DNA of 58,460 nt from a virus (taxonomy: Duplodnaviria; Caudoviricetes): the IMG/VR virus record IMGVR_UViG_3300028840_003750, positions 1 through 58,460 of that record. One strand, 5' to 3'. The notes under the pieces were generated by a model. The model was not told the origin of the DNA. It saw nothing but the letters and a program-made list of their open reading frames with translations, and made no database searches. Numbering within the stretch: the first letter of the stretch is position 1; the number at the start of each line of letters is the position of its first letter. This document shows positions 8,606-18,105 of this stretch, piece by piece. Both the position numbers and the translations under genes were made by a program.

Positions 8606-8987
8606 GCTATCTTCCCTCACGATCGCCCTTGCGCAGAGCATTGCCAAATCGCAAGGGAACGATCTTCTGCTAAGGCTGTGCAAACGGGCTCGGGTAACAG
8701 AGCCCGCAGCGAATGCTCTAGCCTCATGGATCATCAACAATATCTCTGAGCCTAAACCTTGGGCTATCGTTACAGCCGGAGGGGATGATGCTCACAGTTG
8801 CAAGGGGTGGTATTACTACCTCGAAGAATTTCCAGAGGCCGGATCTATCGGCCCTAACGAGACCAGGAAAGAAGCTGCCAAGATGGCAGAGTCTGATGGC
8901 TTGCAGGTACGTGCACAGATAGCGCAAGACTGGCTCTATGAGCCGGAGTCTGTGGAGCTAGCGCTTTCAATTGACGGAGACGAATAA
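8598..8987 (+). CDS. Hypothetical protein
   Basis: In the operon; TAATG coupling to the next gene. Confidence 0.7.
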   Translation: MTELSSLTIALAQSIAKSQGNDLLLRLCKRARVTEPAANALASWIINNISEPKPWAIVTAGGDDAHSCKGWYYYLEEFPEAGSIGPNETRKEAAKMAESDGLQVRAQIAQDWLYEPESVELALSIDGDE

Positions 8988-9268
8988 TGTTTAACTGCTA
9001 CAGCGACAGATGGGACCCTACCGGATCTGACTATGATAGCATTGATCAGTTCATTGACATGTGCTATGAAGTTTTTGGCGAGACACCAGAGCTACAGCAA
9101 TGCGGCAGTTTGAGTCTATGGTATGATGGCGACGAGCTTGTGCTCGCGTCGGACGACTACTGCACCTGCGAGTTATGCGACGGAAGTGGCAAACAGAACG
9201 CTACGTTGAAGTGCTCGCTGTGCGAAGGTCGCGGGCTACGCAACTTTCAGATGGGAGCAGCACAATGA
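8987..9268 (+). CDS. Hypothetical protein with DnaJ-type zinc finger
   Basis: CELCDGSG...CSLCEGRG (CxxCxGxG twice). Confidence 0.75.
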   Translation: MFNCYSDRWDPTGSDYDSIDQFIDMCYEVFGETPELQQCGSLSLWYDGDELVLASDDYCTCELCDGSGKQNATLKCSLCEGRGLRNFQMGAAQ

Positions 9269-9501
9269 GCGAGCACGACTTTTGCAGAGCGCTTCTAGCA
9301 GAGGCGCGGAAAGACGCCAATAAGGAACGGGTAACCATACCGCATATGTACTCCTACAATGTAGGGTTTGGTGGGTACCAGGTCTTTGGCGAAACGAATC
9401 ACAGGTCTGAGCTAGCCTGGGAAGGCGATGCTTGCTGTGCATGGTATGCGCGAGCGCAAGCGATCATACAGCTGATCGATGACGCTACGGGAGCCAGCTG
9501 A
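9265..9501 (+). CDS. Hypothetical protein
   Basis: ATGA coupling; GGGAG RBS. Confidence 0.7.
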   Translation: MSEHDFCRALLAEARKDANKERVTIPHMYSYNVGFGGYQVFGETNHRSELAWEGDACCAWYARAQAIIQLIDDATGAS

Positions 9502-9683
9502 TGAATCTGTATATACTGGAAACTGAGCTAAGGTGGGCTCATTCTCATATAAGCGAAGCTGTAAAACACAGTGAGCAATTACCTGCAGAAGCACGAGACA
9601 GGCTAAGATCGGCACAGAGAGCGCTAGATGACGCCTCTGCAGCTGTTCGTATGGCTGTGCTTAAGGATAGGACCATCCGATGA
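9501..9683 (+). CDS. Hypothetical helical protein
   Basis: TGATG coupling. Confidence 0.65.
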   Translation: MNLYILETELRWAHSHISEAVKHSEQLPAEARDRLRSAQRALDDASAAVRMAVLKDRTIR

Positions 9684-10054
9684 AGCACCTGGCACGGAAT
9701 CGGCTGGTCAACGCCGTGGCTGCCGTGGCAGCCCGCTGCGGCCGGCTGGACGAGGCCGGTGAGCTAGGTAGCATCGGGCTAGCGATGCTCCGCTCGGCTC
9801 GCCACAGAGCGCTCTGTGCGGGCTGTCAGCTCGATGACGTGGACATCGCGACCCTTGACGGGCTGGACGACGGCCGGCACTCTGCGAGCGTCTGTGGCTG
9901 CTGTGGCCGTGTCTACAGCTGGCGCACGTGGACACGGCTCCAGATCTGCGGCGAGCTTGATGACCGAGATGAGCCGGCCGGCGAGCTAACCGACTGGCGA
10001 CACTGCTGGTGTGGCTCTACTCTGATGGTAGAGATATCTGAATTTTCAGCTTGA
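9680..10054 (+). CDS. Hypothetical protein: helical domain plus zinc ribbon
   Basis: CGCCG...CWCGST; the N-terminal helical domain resembles the C-terminus of 43054-43509. Confidence 0.7.
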   Translation: MKHLARNRLVNAVAAVAARCGRLDEAGELGSIGLAMLRSARHRALCAGCQLDDVDIATLDGLDDGRHSASVCGCCGRVYSWRTWTRLQICGELDDRDEPAGELTDWRHCWCGSTLMVEISEFSA

Positions 10055-10126
10055 CTTTTCAAGCTGCTATAGCTAGAAGATAGGACATCGCGGCCGATGC
10101 CGCACAACTGAAACGGAGACGAGCAA

Positions 10127-10603
10127 ATGGCAAAGATGACCAAGAAAGAGCAGAGGGAAGCAGAGAAGGCGAAGCAGGAGGAGATCTCTGGTCTTCTGAA
10201 GGAGTGGAAGGAAGCTCGGGAAGCCTCCAAGGTGGAAGAGCAGCAGATCAAGGATCGGATGGGACGTCTGACCGCCAAGATGGTCCGCACGTCAGAGTTG
10301 CGCCAGCGCTGCAACGAGCTGGCGCAGAAGGTGTATGAGCTAACCAAGGACGACGACGGCAAATCCCAGCCGGCCGGACAGGGATCGGATGGTACCATCT
10401 ACACGGCGCACCCAAAGGACGTTACCTATGGTGTGATCGATGATCATGGTGATCTGGTCATGTCGCAGTTGCTTGACGATGAGGATTATCCGATGATCGA
10501 CGCCGACGGCGAGCCGGTGCTTGCCCCCAAGTCCGAGACGATCACTGTCTACCAGGTCAGGACACACATACCGCAGCAAGCCGGGCGGAAGCTCAGCCTG
10601 TAG
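10127..10603 (+). CDS. Hypothetical coiled-coil protein
   Basis: GAAACGGAG upstream; terminator downstream. Confidence 0.8.
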   Translation: MAKMTKKEQREAEKAKQEEISGLLKEWKEAREASKVEEQQIKDRMGRLTAKMVRTSELRQRCNELAQKVYELTKDDDGKSQPAGQGSDGTIYTAHPKDVTYGVIDDHGDLVMSQLLDDEDYPMIDADGEPVLAPKSETITVYQVRTHIPQQAGRKLSL

Positions 10604-10633
10604 CCAACGGCCTACCCAACCAAAACCCATGAT

Positions 10634-10660
10634 AGCCCTGGCGAAAGCTGGGGCTTTCGT
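10634..10660 (+). terminator. Intrinsic terminator ending the early arm
   Basis: AGCCCTGGC-GAAA-GCTGGGGCT followed by TTCGT. Confidence 0.7.
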
Positions 10661-10672
10661 GATTTTAGAGCT

Positions 10673-10707
10673 AAATAAAAAACAGCCCGCGACCAAAAGC
10701 CACGGGC
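10673..10707 (-). terminator. Likely intrinsic terminator ending the late arm
   Basis: GCCCG/CGGGC stem followed on the - strand by TGTTTTTTATTT. Confidence 0.55.
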
Positions 10708-10743
10708 CTAGGATGTTCGGACTCTAGCTATGACTAGTCCGAG

Positions 10744-10947
10744 CTACAGATCTTCATCTGGTAATGGCGCATCGTTGTCCTGGGTCTCATAGTAAACACC
10801 GCGATAAAGTATCAATTCACGGTTGGGGCTTTCGGTACCTTCAACTATCGCATTAAACCTGCGACGTCTACTTGATCTGCGAGCTTCCCATGCGCTACCT
10901 ATAAGCGCTCCTGCAATTAAGGCTGCTAGTATGGGGATTATGCCCAT
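10744..10947 (-). CDS. Small single-TM membrane protein
   Basis: MGIIPILAALIAGALIGSAW followed by RRSSRRRR. Confidence 0.65.
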   Translation of the reverse strand: MGIIPILAALIAGALIGSAWEARRSSRRRRFNAIVEGTESPNRELILYRGVYYETQDNDAPLPDEDL

Positions 10948-11582
10948 AATTGCTTCCTGTTAATGATTCCCCAGAGAAGAAACACAAGGGCGATCCCTAC
11001 GGTTACCGCGTTAGCGGCAACAATGAAGCTCCAGTCTTGGAGCACGTCACCACCTATCCAAGGTAGTGTAATTGTTGCAGACGGTCCTGCGATTAGCGCC
11101 AAGCCAGCTAGGTGCGCTGGCGACCTACCCTCATCATCCAGGACCCGACCTGAGCGCCACCATGCTACCACGCAACCCAATGACGTAACGACGGCCCCTA
11201 GCTCTACCAAGTCGTAGATCCTGAGCAGCGCCGGTCCACGCAGGTTTGGGTAGCCACTAGCGCAAGCGGTGGTAAGCAGAAGCCAGGCGGCTCCCGTAGC
11301 GAACAGCGCCCCTTGTCGTTTATACCCGAACACTACCACGGCCATCGCCGGGAGCATCAGCAGACTCGCTGTATACAGCCCCACATCACCCCACCACGCC
11401 ACCAGCCACCAGCCAGCCCGCACCCCCGGCGGCGACGGTAGCAGCAGCACCTGGGCCCACCGCAAACCGTCGGTTACCAGCACCGCTCCGAGGTAGCCGG
11501 CGATGGCCCAGAAACGACCAACGACCGCTGCCAAGGCTGCGGCGCCGTACAGGGCCAGGGTGGCTATGGTCAAAGATGACAT
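10938..11582 (-). CDS. Multi-pass (about 7 TM) membrane protein
   Basis: Series of hydrophobic segments; GC-rich. Confidence 0.8.
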   Translation of the reverse strand: MSSLTIATLALYGAAALAAVVGRFWAIAGYLGAVLVTDGLRWAQVLLLPSPPGVRAGWWLVAWWGDVGLYTASLLMLPAMAVVVFGYKRQGALFATGAAWLLLTTACASGYPNLRGPALLRIYDLVELGAVVTSLGCVVAWWRSGRVLDDEGRSPAHLAGLALIAGPSATITLPWIGGDVLQDWSFIVAANAVTVGIALVFLLWGIINRKQLWA

Positions 11583-11584
11583 CG

Positions 11585-11746
11585 CTACTCAACCAGGCTT
11601 AGCCGGGTGCGCTCGACGATCTCAGCGACTTGCTCAAGGTAGCGATCGATAGCTTCCCAGTTACGTGCAGCGCTGGATTCCTTGATGCGGTCGTTTAGCC
11701 AGATAAGGGCTAGCTCTGGTTGTGGCGGGCATGTTCCGTGAGGCAT
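11585..11746 (-). CDS. 53-aa peptide MPHGTCPPQPELALIWL...
   Basis: Hand-translated; TAGGAG RBS; fills the gap exactly. Confidence 0.65.
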   Translation of the reverse strand: MPHGTCPPQPELALIWLNDRIKESSAARNWEAIDRYLEQVAEIVERTRLSLVE

Positions 11747-11755
11747 TGTTTTCTC

Positions 11756-12070
11756 CTATGATGAATCAAAAGATGTTGCTCTTACATGTAAGCTACGCTC
11801 GGCAGCTGCTTCTATTGCACCTGTCCCATAAGCGCGAAACCACCATGTATTCTCTTCATCAATACTTTGCTCGGCATAATAAACGCCGACTGATTGTTTG
11901 GTAACACTCAACGATTGCTCGGCTTCGCTTGGACTGCGAGCTAGTATAGCTATAGATGTAGGATCTGATGGTGCTCCAGCTAAGTCCACGAAGCTAGCTG
12001 TGATACGCACTAGATCGCCTATATCAGCATCAAGCTGAGATAGCTCTATTGCACAATCGCCTATAGCCAT
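11756..12070 (-). CDS. Ig-like/BppU_N-like virion protein
   Basis: DIGDLVRITASFVD...GVYYAEQ...WWFRAYGTG beta-sandwich pattern. Confidence 0.55.
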   Translation of the reverse strand: MAIGDCAIELSQLDADIGDLVRITASFVDLAGAPSDPTSIAILARSPSEAEQSLSVTKQSVGVYYAEQSIDEENTWWFRAYGTGAIEAAAERSLHVRATSFDSS

Positions 12071-12831
12071 TAGCTTGGTATGAAGTAGGCAGGCTCAATA
12101 CTTGCCTTGAATTTTACGATGTTTGAGGCGTCACCAACGAACTGGTAACGAGCACTGTTGCCAGTTACGTTTGCGTAGAATGTCCAAGAAAAGTCATCCT
12201 TGAATAACACGGTATCTATCCTACCAGGAGATATAAGAACAGGAGCAGCAGCCCCAATACGCTTCCAGGCACCATATGTCTCAGCATACATAGCATCGCC
12301 TGTTACCGTATCCCATGCATTGAATCTAACACGAACACCAAGTGTGCTATTCTCTGCTACCGGGAATGTCCAAAAAGTCTCTGTACCACCAGCTGCAACC
12401 TGACTTGCTATAACCTGCAAACTGTTTCTGATATACTCATTAACAGGCTTGATCATACCGAAGGCAGAGCTTGATACGTTGTTAGACTCGTTTTGCTCAA
12501 GAGCTGTAAGTACCTCTTTACCATTGATTGGTACATAGAACTTACCTCTGATAAACAGATCTGGTATACCAGCAACAATGCATTGAACTACACCAGCTGT
12601 GCCATCTTCGAGAGCAGTACCTGAATATGTCTGACCTACAGATCCGCCTTGGGTAAATGTGTAATCACTGATTGCTTTAGTATCATCTGTTGATACTACG
12701 CTCCAAGCAACAGGTGATACTCCGTTAAGATCAACAATCTCGCATACAACAGGATCGCCAGCTTCAACAGCTACTGACTCTGTAATTGGTTGACCGTTAA
12801 TGGTAAACTCTGGATTAGGTTCAGCTGGCAT
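12070..12831 (-). CDS. Putative tail/fibre-associated protein
   Basis: Beta-rich; coupled within the tail operon. Confidence 0.55.
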   Translation of the reverse strand: MPAEPNPEFTINGQPITESVAVEAGDPVVCEIVDLNGVSPVAWSVVSTDDTKAISDYTFTQGGSVGQTYSGTALEDGTAGVVQCIVAGIPDLFIRGKFYVPINGKEVLTALEQNESNNVSSSAFGMIKPVNEYIRNSLQVIASQVAAGGTETFWTFPVAENSTLGVRVRFNAWDTVTGDAMYAETYGAWKRIGAAAPVLISPGRIDTVLFKDDFSWTFYANVTGNSARYQFVGDASNIVKFKASIEPAYFIPS

Positions 12832-13895
12832 TACTCAAAGCCATATCTGTGTGTTGTTTCTATTGCTCCCATTGGCTCATTTGGTATAGCTACAGGAGCT
12901 AGAGCAGCAAGCGCATCAAAGTATTCAACAACAATATTATCAAGCAAAGACGGTACGTTCAGAGCATTGGTATTGTCTGGATTGTTATGACAAGCAGGAT
13001 TAGCTACTAAAACACGATGCCGCTCATAGCAGCGCTCTCTTAGATCTGCGCTTAGTACGGTAGCAGTCCCTATACAAGATGCAGGCTGTGCCAATGGGAT
13101 GTTTTTCAGATCATCTTCATTATGCCATGGTCTAGATAGTAGTACTGAACCATCTTCAAAGTGCTGCAGAAGCAATACCCTAAGCTCATTGAGCAGTGAT
13201 ATTGCACCCTCTTGAGAATCGGCATCTGTTCTTGATGCCATATTAGTATCATCTGCATTTTGATGAACACCGGGTGGGGGAACACCTGCTCTTATTCTGT
13301 GAGCCTCATAGTTGGTCCTGAGATCATTAATGCCAGTCTGCAGATCTGTTCCCATAGAAGATACACTTGATCCTACTATGGCCGAAAGCGCATACAGTAC
13401 ACTACTTTGCAATGATGCTATGCGAGACTTTTCATCAGCTGGATCTTTAAGAGTTGCAGCCCTAACAGTATCGTCATTAATGGCAAGCTTAAGCGTGGCG
13501 CCTTGTCCACTACCTATTAGCAATGGTAGTGTAACAGGTGCGCTTATACTTATACTGCCTATATAGCTAGCGATTAGCTCCCATCGCTCCTCACCTGACT
13601 GATCACTAGGAAAAGACGGTATACCGATCCATTGTCTAAGATCGTATACTGTTACACCATATTCTCCTGGCTCATCGAATACAGTCTGATTGCTTTGGAT
13701 TCTATTTTCAGCTATATCAAAGACACCGTTTGGAACAATGTCTGTATCTTCTATGATTAAGTATCCAAGAGTCTTCGATGATGCAGACGGAGCAGATGTA
13801 ATCTCTACAACCTGAACTTCACCAATAGTACTAGATTCGCTAATTGTAACAGTATCACCAGGTAACGGATACTGCGGACTCACGTTGATAGTCAT
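12831..13895 (-). CDS. Putative virion protein with His-containing helical repeats
   Basis: NDLRTNYEAH..HQNADD, NELRVLLLQH..HNEDD and DLRERCYERH..HNNPD. Confidence 0.6.
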   Translation of the reverse strand: MTINVSPQYPLPGDTVTISESSTIGEVQVVEITSAPSASSKTLGYLIIEDTDIVPNGVFDIAENRIQSNQTVFDEPGEYGVTVYDLRQWIGIPSFPSDQSGEERWELIASYIGSISISAPVTLPLLIGSGQGATLKLAINDDTVRAATLKDPADEKSRIASLQSSVLYALSAIVGSSVSSMGTDLQTGINDLRTNYEAHRIRAGVPPPGVHQNADDTNMASRTDADSQEGAISLLNELRVLLLQHFEDGSVLLSRPWHNEDDLKNIPLAQPASCIGTATVLSADLRERCYERHRVLVANPACHNNPDNTNALNVPSLLDNIVVEYFDALAALAPVAIPNEPMGAIETTHRYGFE

Positions 13896-14462
13896 CTACG
13901 CCTGCGGACCTGGTGTTACGTTTACAGTATGCTGGGACAATCTCCACTCACTCCCATCAAAGTAGATCTTTGCAGCACAGTGAACAGTTGTTCCAAGCGT
14001 TGCTATAAGATTGCCAGCTGGAGGTGTTGGCAAAGATCCGTCAATGTAAAGCTCGACATTAGCAATTGAAACCGAGCCCTGTATTAGGATCATCCAATCA
14101 CCCTTGGTTGCACCAAAGTTTTGAACCTGATGCTGTCTCGGAGCAGATGATACAAGATATGGATTGATTCTACGTATCTGACCCTGCAATGCAGAAGATG
14201 CCCCAGTGATCTTTAGGGTCTGACCACTAGCATTTGTAACTATTCCATACCTTAGAGTTTCCCTACCAATAACCCTAAGCTGCCGATGAACATCTATGTT
14301 ACCAAGTGCTCCGCCATTCGTATCAGATATATTAATGTCTGATAAAGGTAAAAGGTTTCCACCGCGCTCGCTTAATGCACGGGTTAGGTTGATGTCCCAT
14401 TGTGTAAGGTGCTTACCTCTAAGGCATTGATCAAGCTGAGGGTTGGCTCTTGTAAATGTCAT
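13896..14462 (-). CDS. Putative tail fibre/receptor-binding protein (paralog of 14459-15022)
   Basis: Shared motifs DINxxDxxGGAxGxIDVH, GAxxGDW and IYFxGxxWxL. Confidence 0.6.
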   Translation of the reverse strand: MTFTRANPQLDQCLRGKHLTQWDINLTRALSERGGNLLPLSDINISDTNGGALGNIDVHRQLRVIGRETLRYGIVTNASGQTLKITGASSALQGQIRRINPYLVSSAPRQHQVQNFGATKGDWMILIQGSVSIANVELYIDGSLPTPPAGNLIATLGTTVHCAAKIYFDGSEWRLSQHTVNVTPGPQA

Positions 14463-15022
14463 GCCGCAGGCCCAGCTGATGTTCCGCCGCCATACATTGC
14501 AAGTGCCCAGTCTGTTCCTGTGAAGTATATGGTAGCAGTTGAATGCACACCAGGTAAAGATGCTATAATTGGCTGTGCATAGTCTACGCCGTCAACCCGT
14601 AGATTGATAGCGCTAGTACCGCCAGCTGGGCGGATAAACTCTATCCAATCACCAGCGATTGCGCCAGTGTTTGACATTCTATGATCCTTAGCTGGCTCAC
14701 CACTATGATCAACGAACCTGCGATACTGGCCACCAGATATACCAAAGTCTTGGTTATTTGTAACCGTTATATCAGAGCTAACCTTGTAGGTACTACGCGG
14801 ATCATCGTCTCCCTTAAAGTGTATCTGCCCATGAACATCGATGTCACCAAATGCCCCACCAGCTCCATCTGTCACATTGATATCAGCTGTAGGCTCATAG
14901 CTTCCACCGCCAGATCCATCAAGAGAAGCTGCTTGAGCTTCATCTAGCTGCTGCGCTTCAGATCCAGTTAGCGTAGCAACATCCGCTGGCCATCCGCCTG
15001 GTTTGATTAGAGGGTTACCCAT
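14459..15022 (-). CDS. Putative tail fibre/receptor-binding protein (paralog of 13896-14462)
   Basis: Same shared motifs; directly follows the gp48-like gene. Confidence 0.6.
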   Translation of the reverse strand: MGNPLIKPGGWPADVATLTGSEAQQLDEAQAASLDGSGGGSYEPTADINVTDGAGGAFGDIDVHGQIHFKGDDDPRSTYKVSSDITVTNNQDFGISGGQYRRFVDHSGEPAKDHRMSNTGAIAGDWIEFIRPAGGTSAINLRVDGVDYAQPIIASLPGVHSTATIYFTGTDWALAMYGGGTSAGPAA

Positions 15023-15666
15023 TATCCAACAACAGACTGATTGACTATACCTACACCAAGCAGGAATGTATCATCTGTCCCTATCACGTATGTTTGCCAT
15101 GATGGTCTTAGCTCATCAATTGTCTCAATAACCTTGTTTCGCAGATCAAGAAACTCTGATTCCAGTAGTCCGCTCTTGTTGAGCTGTATGCCAATCGTAG
15201 CGTAGTTTGATGACCACTCATAACCAGGCGGACCGGGGTTGATGCCTGGCCAATACGAAACGATATCTGACGGATCTACACGCCTCCCAGCTGTAAAGTT
15301 CTTTCCAGCTATAAGCTCTGCCGCATCAAACATGCCTTGAACATCATTACCACCAAGACCTCTTAGCTTCCCAGCTAACCTGTTACGTCTTTCGATATCT
15401 GGTGTTCCAATAGCTGGTTTAATCGTACAAGCCTCCTCCCACTTGGGAAGATTCTCATACATACTTAATGGGAAGTTTTGCTTTCCAACGCGTCTATTGA
15501 CGCGCCAGATCATTTCTACAGCACGGGCGTCAGCTCTAGTCTCATCGAAGATCTCAGTACCTTCAGACACATCGAGGTAACGGCGCATTGAATCTAACAA
15601 TGCGCCGTGCTCAATGTCCAAGGTATCATCCTTGGCACCGATCCTTATTGGGAGAGTCCAAGTCAT
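15022..15666 (-). CDS. Baseplate protein, Mu gp48/DUF2313-like
   Basis: ENLPKWEE...ERRNRLAGKLRGLGG...IDELRPSW. Confidence 0.7.
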   Translation of the reverse strand: MTWTLPIRIGAKDDTLDIEHGALLDSMRRYLDVSEGTEIFDETRADARAVEMIWRVNRRVGKQNFPLSMYENLPKWEEACTIKPAIGTPDIERRNRLAGKLRGLGGNDVQGMFDAAELIAGKNFTAGRRVDPSDIVSYWPGINPGPPGYEWSSNYATIGIQLNKSGLLESEFLDLRNKVIETIDELRPSWQTYVIGTDDTFLLGVGIVNQSVVG

Positions 15667-15668
15667 AG

Positions 15669-16193
15669 CTAACGTAGTGCTAGCTGCACCTCGAACGGAT
15701 TACTAGAATTGTTTCCGACATCCGCAAGAACAGGCGGAACAGCATGCTCCTGAATCGTCTTGATAGCTATCACATTACCTGAAAGTGAAAGAACCTTCGC
15801 TGTTACCTCGTCAACAGGATCAAGTGCGATTGTACTTGGTCCTATTACATGACGAAAGGAGACAATCTCAGTAATACCTAAACCGTCAACCTGCGATGCT
15901 GGGAATGTCACAGTATAAAGACCAGTTGCAGTTTTGGTAACAGTTGGTCTAGATGATGCGCCTCCGCCCCAAACTGTATCGTGTACTATGGTAGTGCTAG
16001 GTATATTAAAAGGTGGGGTACCGCCAGACACAGTTAGAAAGCGAACCCAAGCACGTCCAACTGTTTGACTAGTTTGAGCAGAATCCTCAAGCAGTCTGTT
16101 GTATTCATCGTCGGAAACGTCTGTTAACGGGTCCTCTTGCGGTTTACCATTTCGCTTAGGGCCACCAAGGTTAGCTATGGTTTTAGCAAGCAT
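15669..16193 (-). CDS. Putative tail/baseplate protein
   Basis: RAWVRF...VTKTATGLYTVTF fibre-like motif; position in the operon. Confidence 0.55.
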   Translation of the reverse strand: MLAKTIANLGGPKRNGKPQEDPLTDVSDDEYNRLLEDSAQTSQTVGRAWVRFLTVSGGTPPFNIPSTTIVHDTVWGGGASSRPTVTKTATGLYTVTFPASQVDGLGITEIVSFRHVIGPSTIALDPVDEVTAKVLSLSGNVIAIKTIQEHAVPPVLADVGNNSSNPFEVQLALR

Positions 16194-17710
16194 TATACCT
16201 GTGCTCTGAATGATAGAAAGTTTAGCCCAAGCTGTCTTGGTGGGGCATGCACAACAGATGGCACAGATGGCTTGGTACGTGTCACAGTTGTTAACGCCTC
16301 ATATCTGGCAGCATAGCTAACATCTGAGATCTCAGAATGCCCAGACTGCAGATCAATAAGAGCTAAAGATGTCAAAGGTGACGGTCTTGCTATTGATTGC
16401 TTTGGCTTCCTTATGGCATACTGAAGGATATCAGGATTCTCTGTTTTCTCACCAGGGCCTAGCTGTTTAACTGACGAAATGAAGTCTTCTGCATACGACT
16501 GCAACAGCTCTGCTCCAGCTGATACATACATACCGACTTGAACATAAGACAGGTCAGGGGTGAACCCAGAATCTATGTTAACATTGTACGCTCCAGATGA
16601 GCCAGATACGAAAAGAATCGCATGCTGCTTAATCTCTTTTGCTACAGGATCCCAAATTGCAAACCTCTTACCTGCTACCGGTGGATCTACAGAAGTGCTA
16701 TCAACTGTCAACGTATATGAGCTAGGAATGGCTGTGACACGGGCAAAAACACCAGGGATCTCATTTGTACTTGGCCATGGGTTGGCATCAAACCACCCTC
16801 CACCCTCACCACCTACGTTCTGAGGCTTCGGTAGCGCTATGTTAATGATAATATCAAGTGGCTCAATAGCTATACTTGTAAGATTAAGGTTTGCGCTACC
16901 TGGCATCTCTGCCACTATCGCAGCTGCAACCTGATTCTGCGTAGCAGTGTTAAGCACAGGATCGTCAGCTGAGCCCACGATTGCAACGTCATAGCTGGCA
17001 GCACCCCTTGCTGCCTCATATACTGCTGCAAACTCTACCGCTGTGCTAGCATCTTCTGCCAATGTTGCAACATGTGACCAGTTACCACCAACAGCTGGGA
17101 ACGACAATCTGCGAATCAGTCTGGCCCGTAGCACCTCCTCACTATCAGCATTTCTACCACCGTCTAAACCTCCAGCTGTTACCTCGCACTTCTGCCCAAG
17201 GAATGCAATACTGGCACTATCCCATGTAAGAACTGTTCCAGCATCTTGATCTGTCTCTGGTCCTGTTCCTTTTGCCTTAAGCTCAACCTGTCCTTCGTCG
17301 GCAACTGCCCCGAAGTCCTTAGATACCTCATACTTTTCACCGTTTGGGGCAGTGGCAACGAAACCATCTGGTATGGGTACTGTGCTAGCAGGTGCGTTAA
17401 CGGTGACTTTAGCGAAGCCAGTTGACCCGATAGCTGGTCGTGGGAATACACCAAACGTTGCAGCCCAGGTAATGAGAGCATCACCGGTAGCGTCTACTGG
17501 GTTAGTATTTCGAAGCTCTACCTTACCATTGCCAATGGCAAGAGATACCCTTTGAGCTACAGCCCAGGCACGCTCATAAAGCTCACTACCTTCTGCTACA
17601 TTAACTTCTACCCCACGCTTACCATAAGCGTAACGTAAAGCGCTAAGCAGTGTAGCCAACACCTCTTTAGGTGTTGGGTACTCTGCTCCGATTGGTAGCT
17701 CGTTAGCCAT
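16193..17710 (-). CDS. Baseplate J-like wedge protein (Mu gp47)
   Basis: ATGDALITWA, GGLDGGRNADSEEVLRARL and GGN. Confidence 0.9.
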   Translation of the reverse strand: MANELPIGAEYPTPKEVLATLLSALRYAYGKRGVEVNVAEGSELYERAWAVAQRVSLAIGNGKVELRNTNPVDATGDALITWAATFGVFPRPAIGSTGFAKVTVNAPASTVPIPDGFVATAPNGEKYEVSKDFGAVADEGQVELKAKGTGPETDQDAGTVLTWDSASIAFLGQKCEVTAGGLDGGRNADSEEVLRARLIRRLSFPAVGGNWSHVATLAEDASTAVEFAAVYEAARGAASYDVAIVGSADDPVLNTATQNQVAAAIVAEMPGSANLNLTSIAIEPLDIIINIALPKPQNVGGEGGGWFDANPWPSTNEIPGVFARVTAIPSSYTLTVDSTSVDPPVAGKRFAIWDPVAKEIKQHAILFVSGSSGAYNVNIDSGFTPDLSYVQVGMYVSAGAELLQSYAEDFISSVKQLGPGEKTENPDILQYAIRKPKQSIARPSPLTSLALIDLQSGHSEISDVSYAARYEALTTVTRTKPSVPSVVHAPPRQLGLNFLSFRAQV

Positions 17711-18105
17711 TATGGTATAACTCTTTCGTATGTATCGTCAATACCAGTGTTAAGGTCGATAAAGTCTACGCGCTCTCTAACAGAGCCAGCCATCTGACCT
17801 TGCTCAACAATGATGTTTTTGATCAGTATTGCGCCTTCTGTTACGAGCTTCTGAAGTTGCTGCTGTATCTGACTGAACCTAAGAGACAGCGCCTGATCTG
17901 TTATAACCCTAGGGATAGAAGCGTCATCAATAGCAACAGCCATGATGACACGTTGCCTAGTTGATGGCATCTGATCTGGATTACCATCATCTATCATTAT
18001 ATACCTACGCTTAACGAAGTCTACCTTACGAGATGAGTGTAAGGTTGTACGATTAGGCGAAGGTAGAGAGCCAAAGCTCTCATATGGCCCTTGAGAGTAC
18101 CCCAT
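17710..18105 (-). CDS. Baseplate wedge/sheath initiator (Mu gp46/gp25-like)
   Basis: Size, position before J, and LQKLVTEGAI motif. Confidence 0.6.
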   Translation of the reverse strand: MGYSQGPYESFGSLPSPNRTTLHSSRKVDFVKRRYIMIDDGNPDQMPSTRQRVIMAVAIDDASIPRVITDQALSLRFSQIQQQLQKLVTEGAILIKNIIVEQGQMAGSVRERVDFIDLNTGIDDTYERVIP

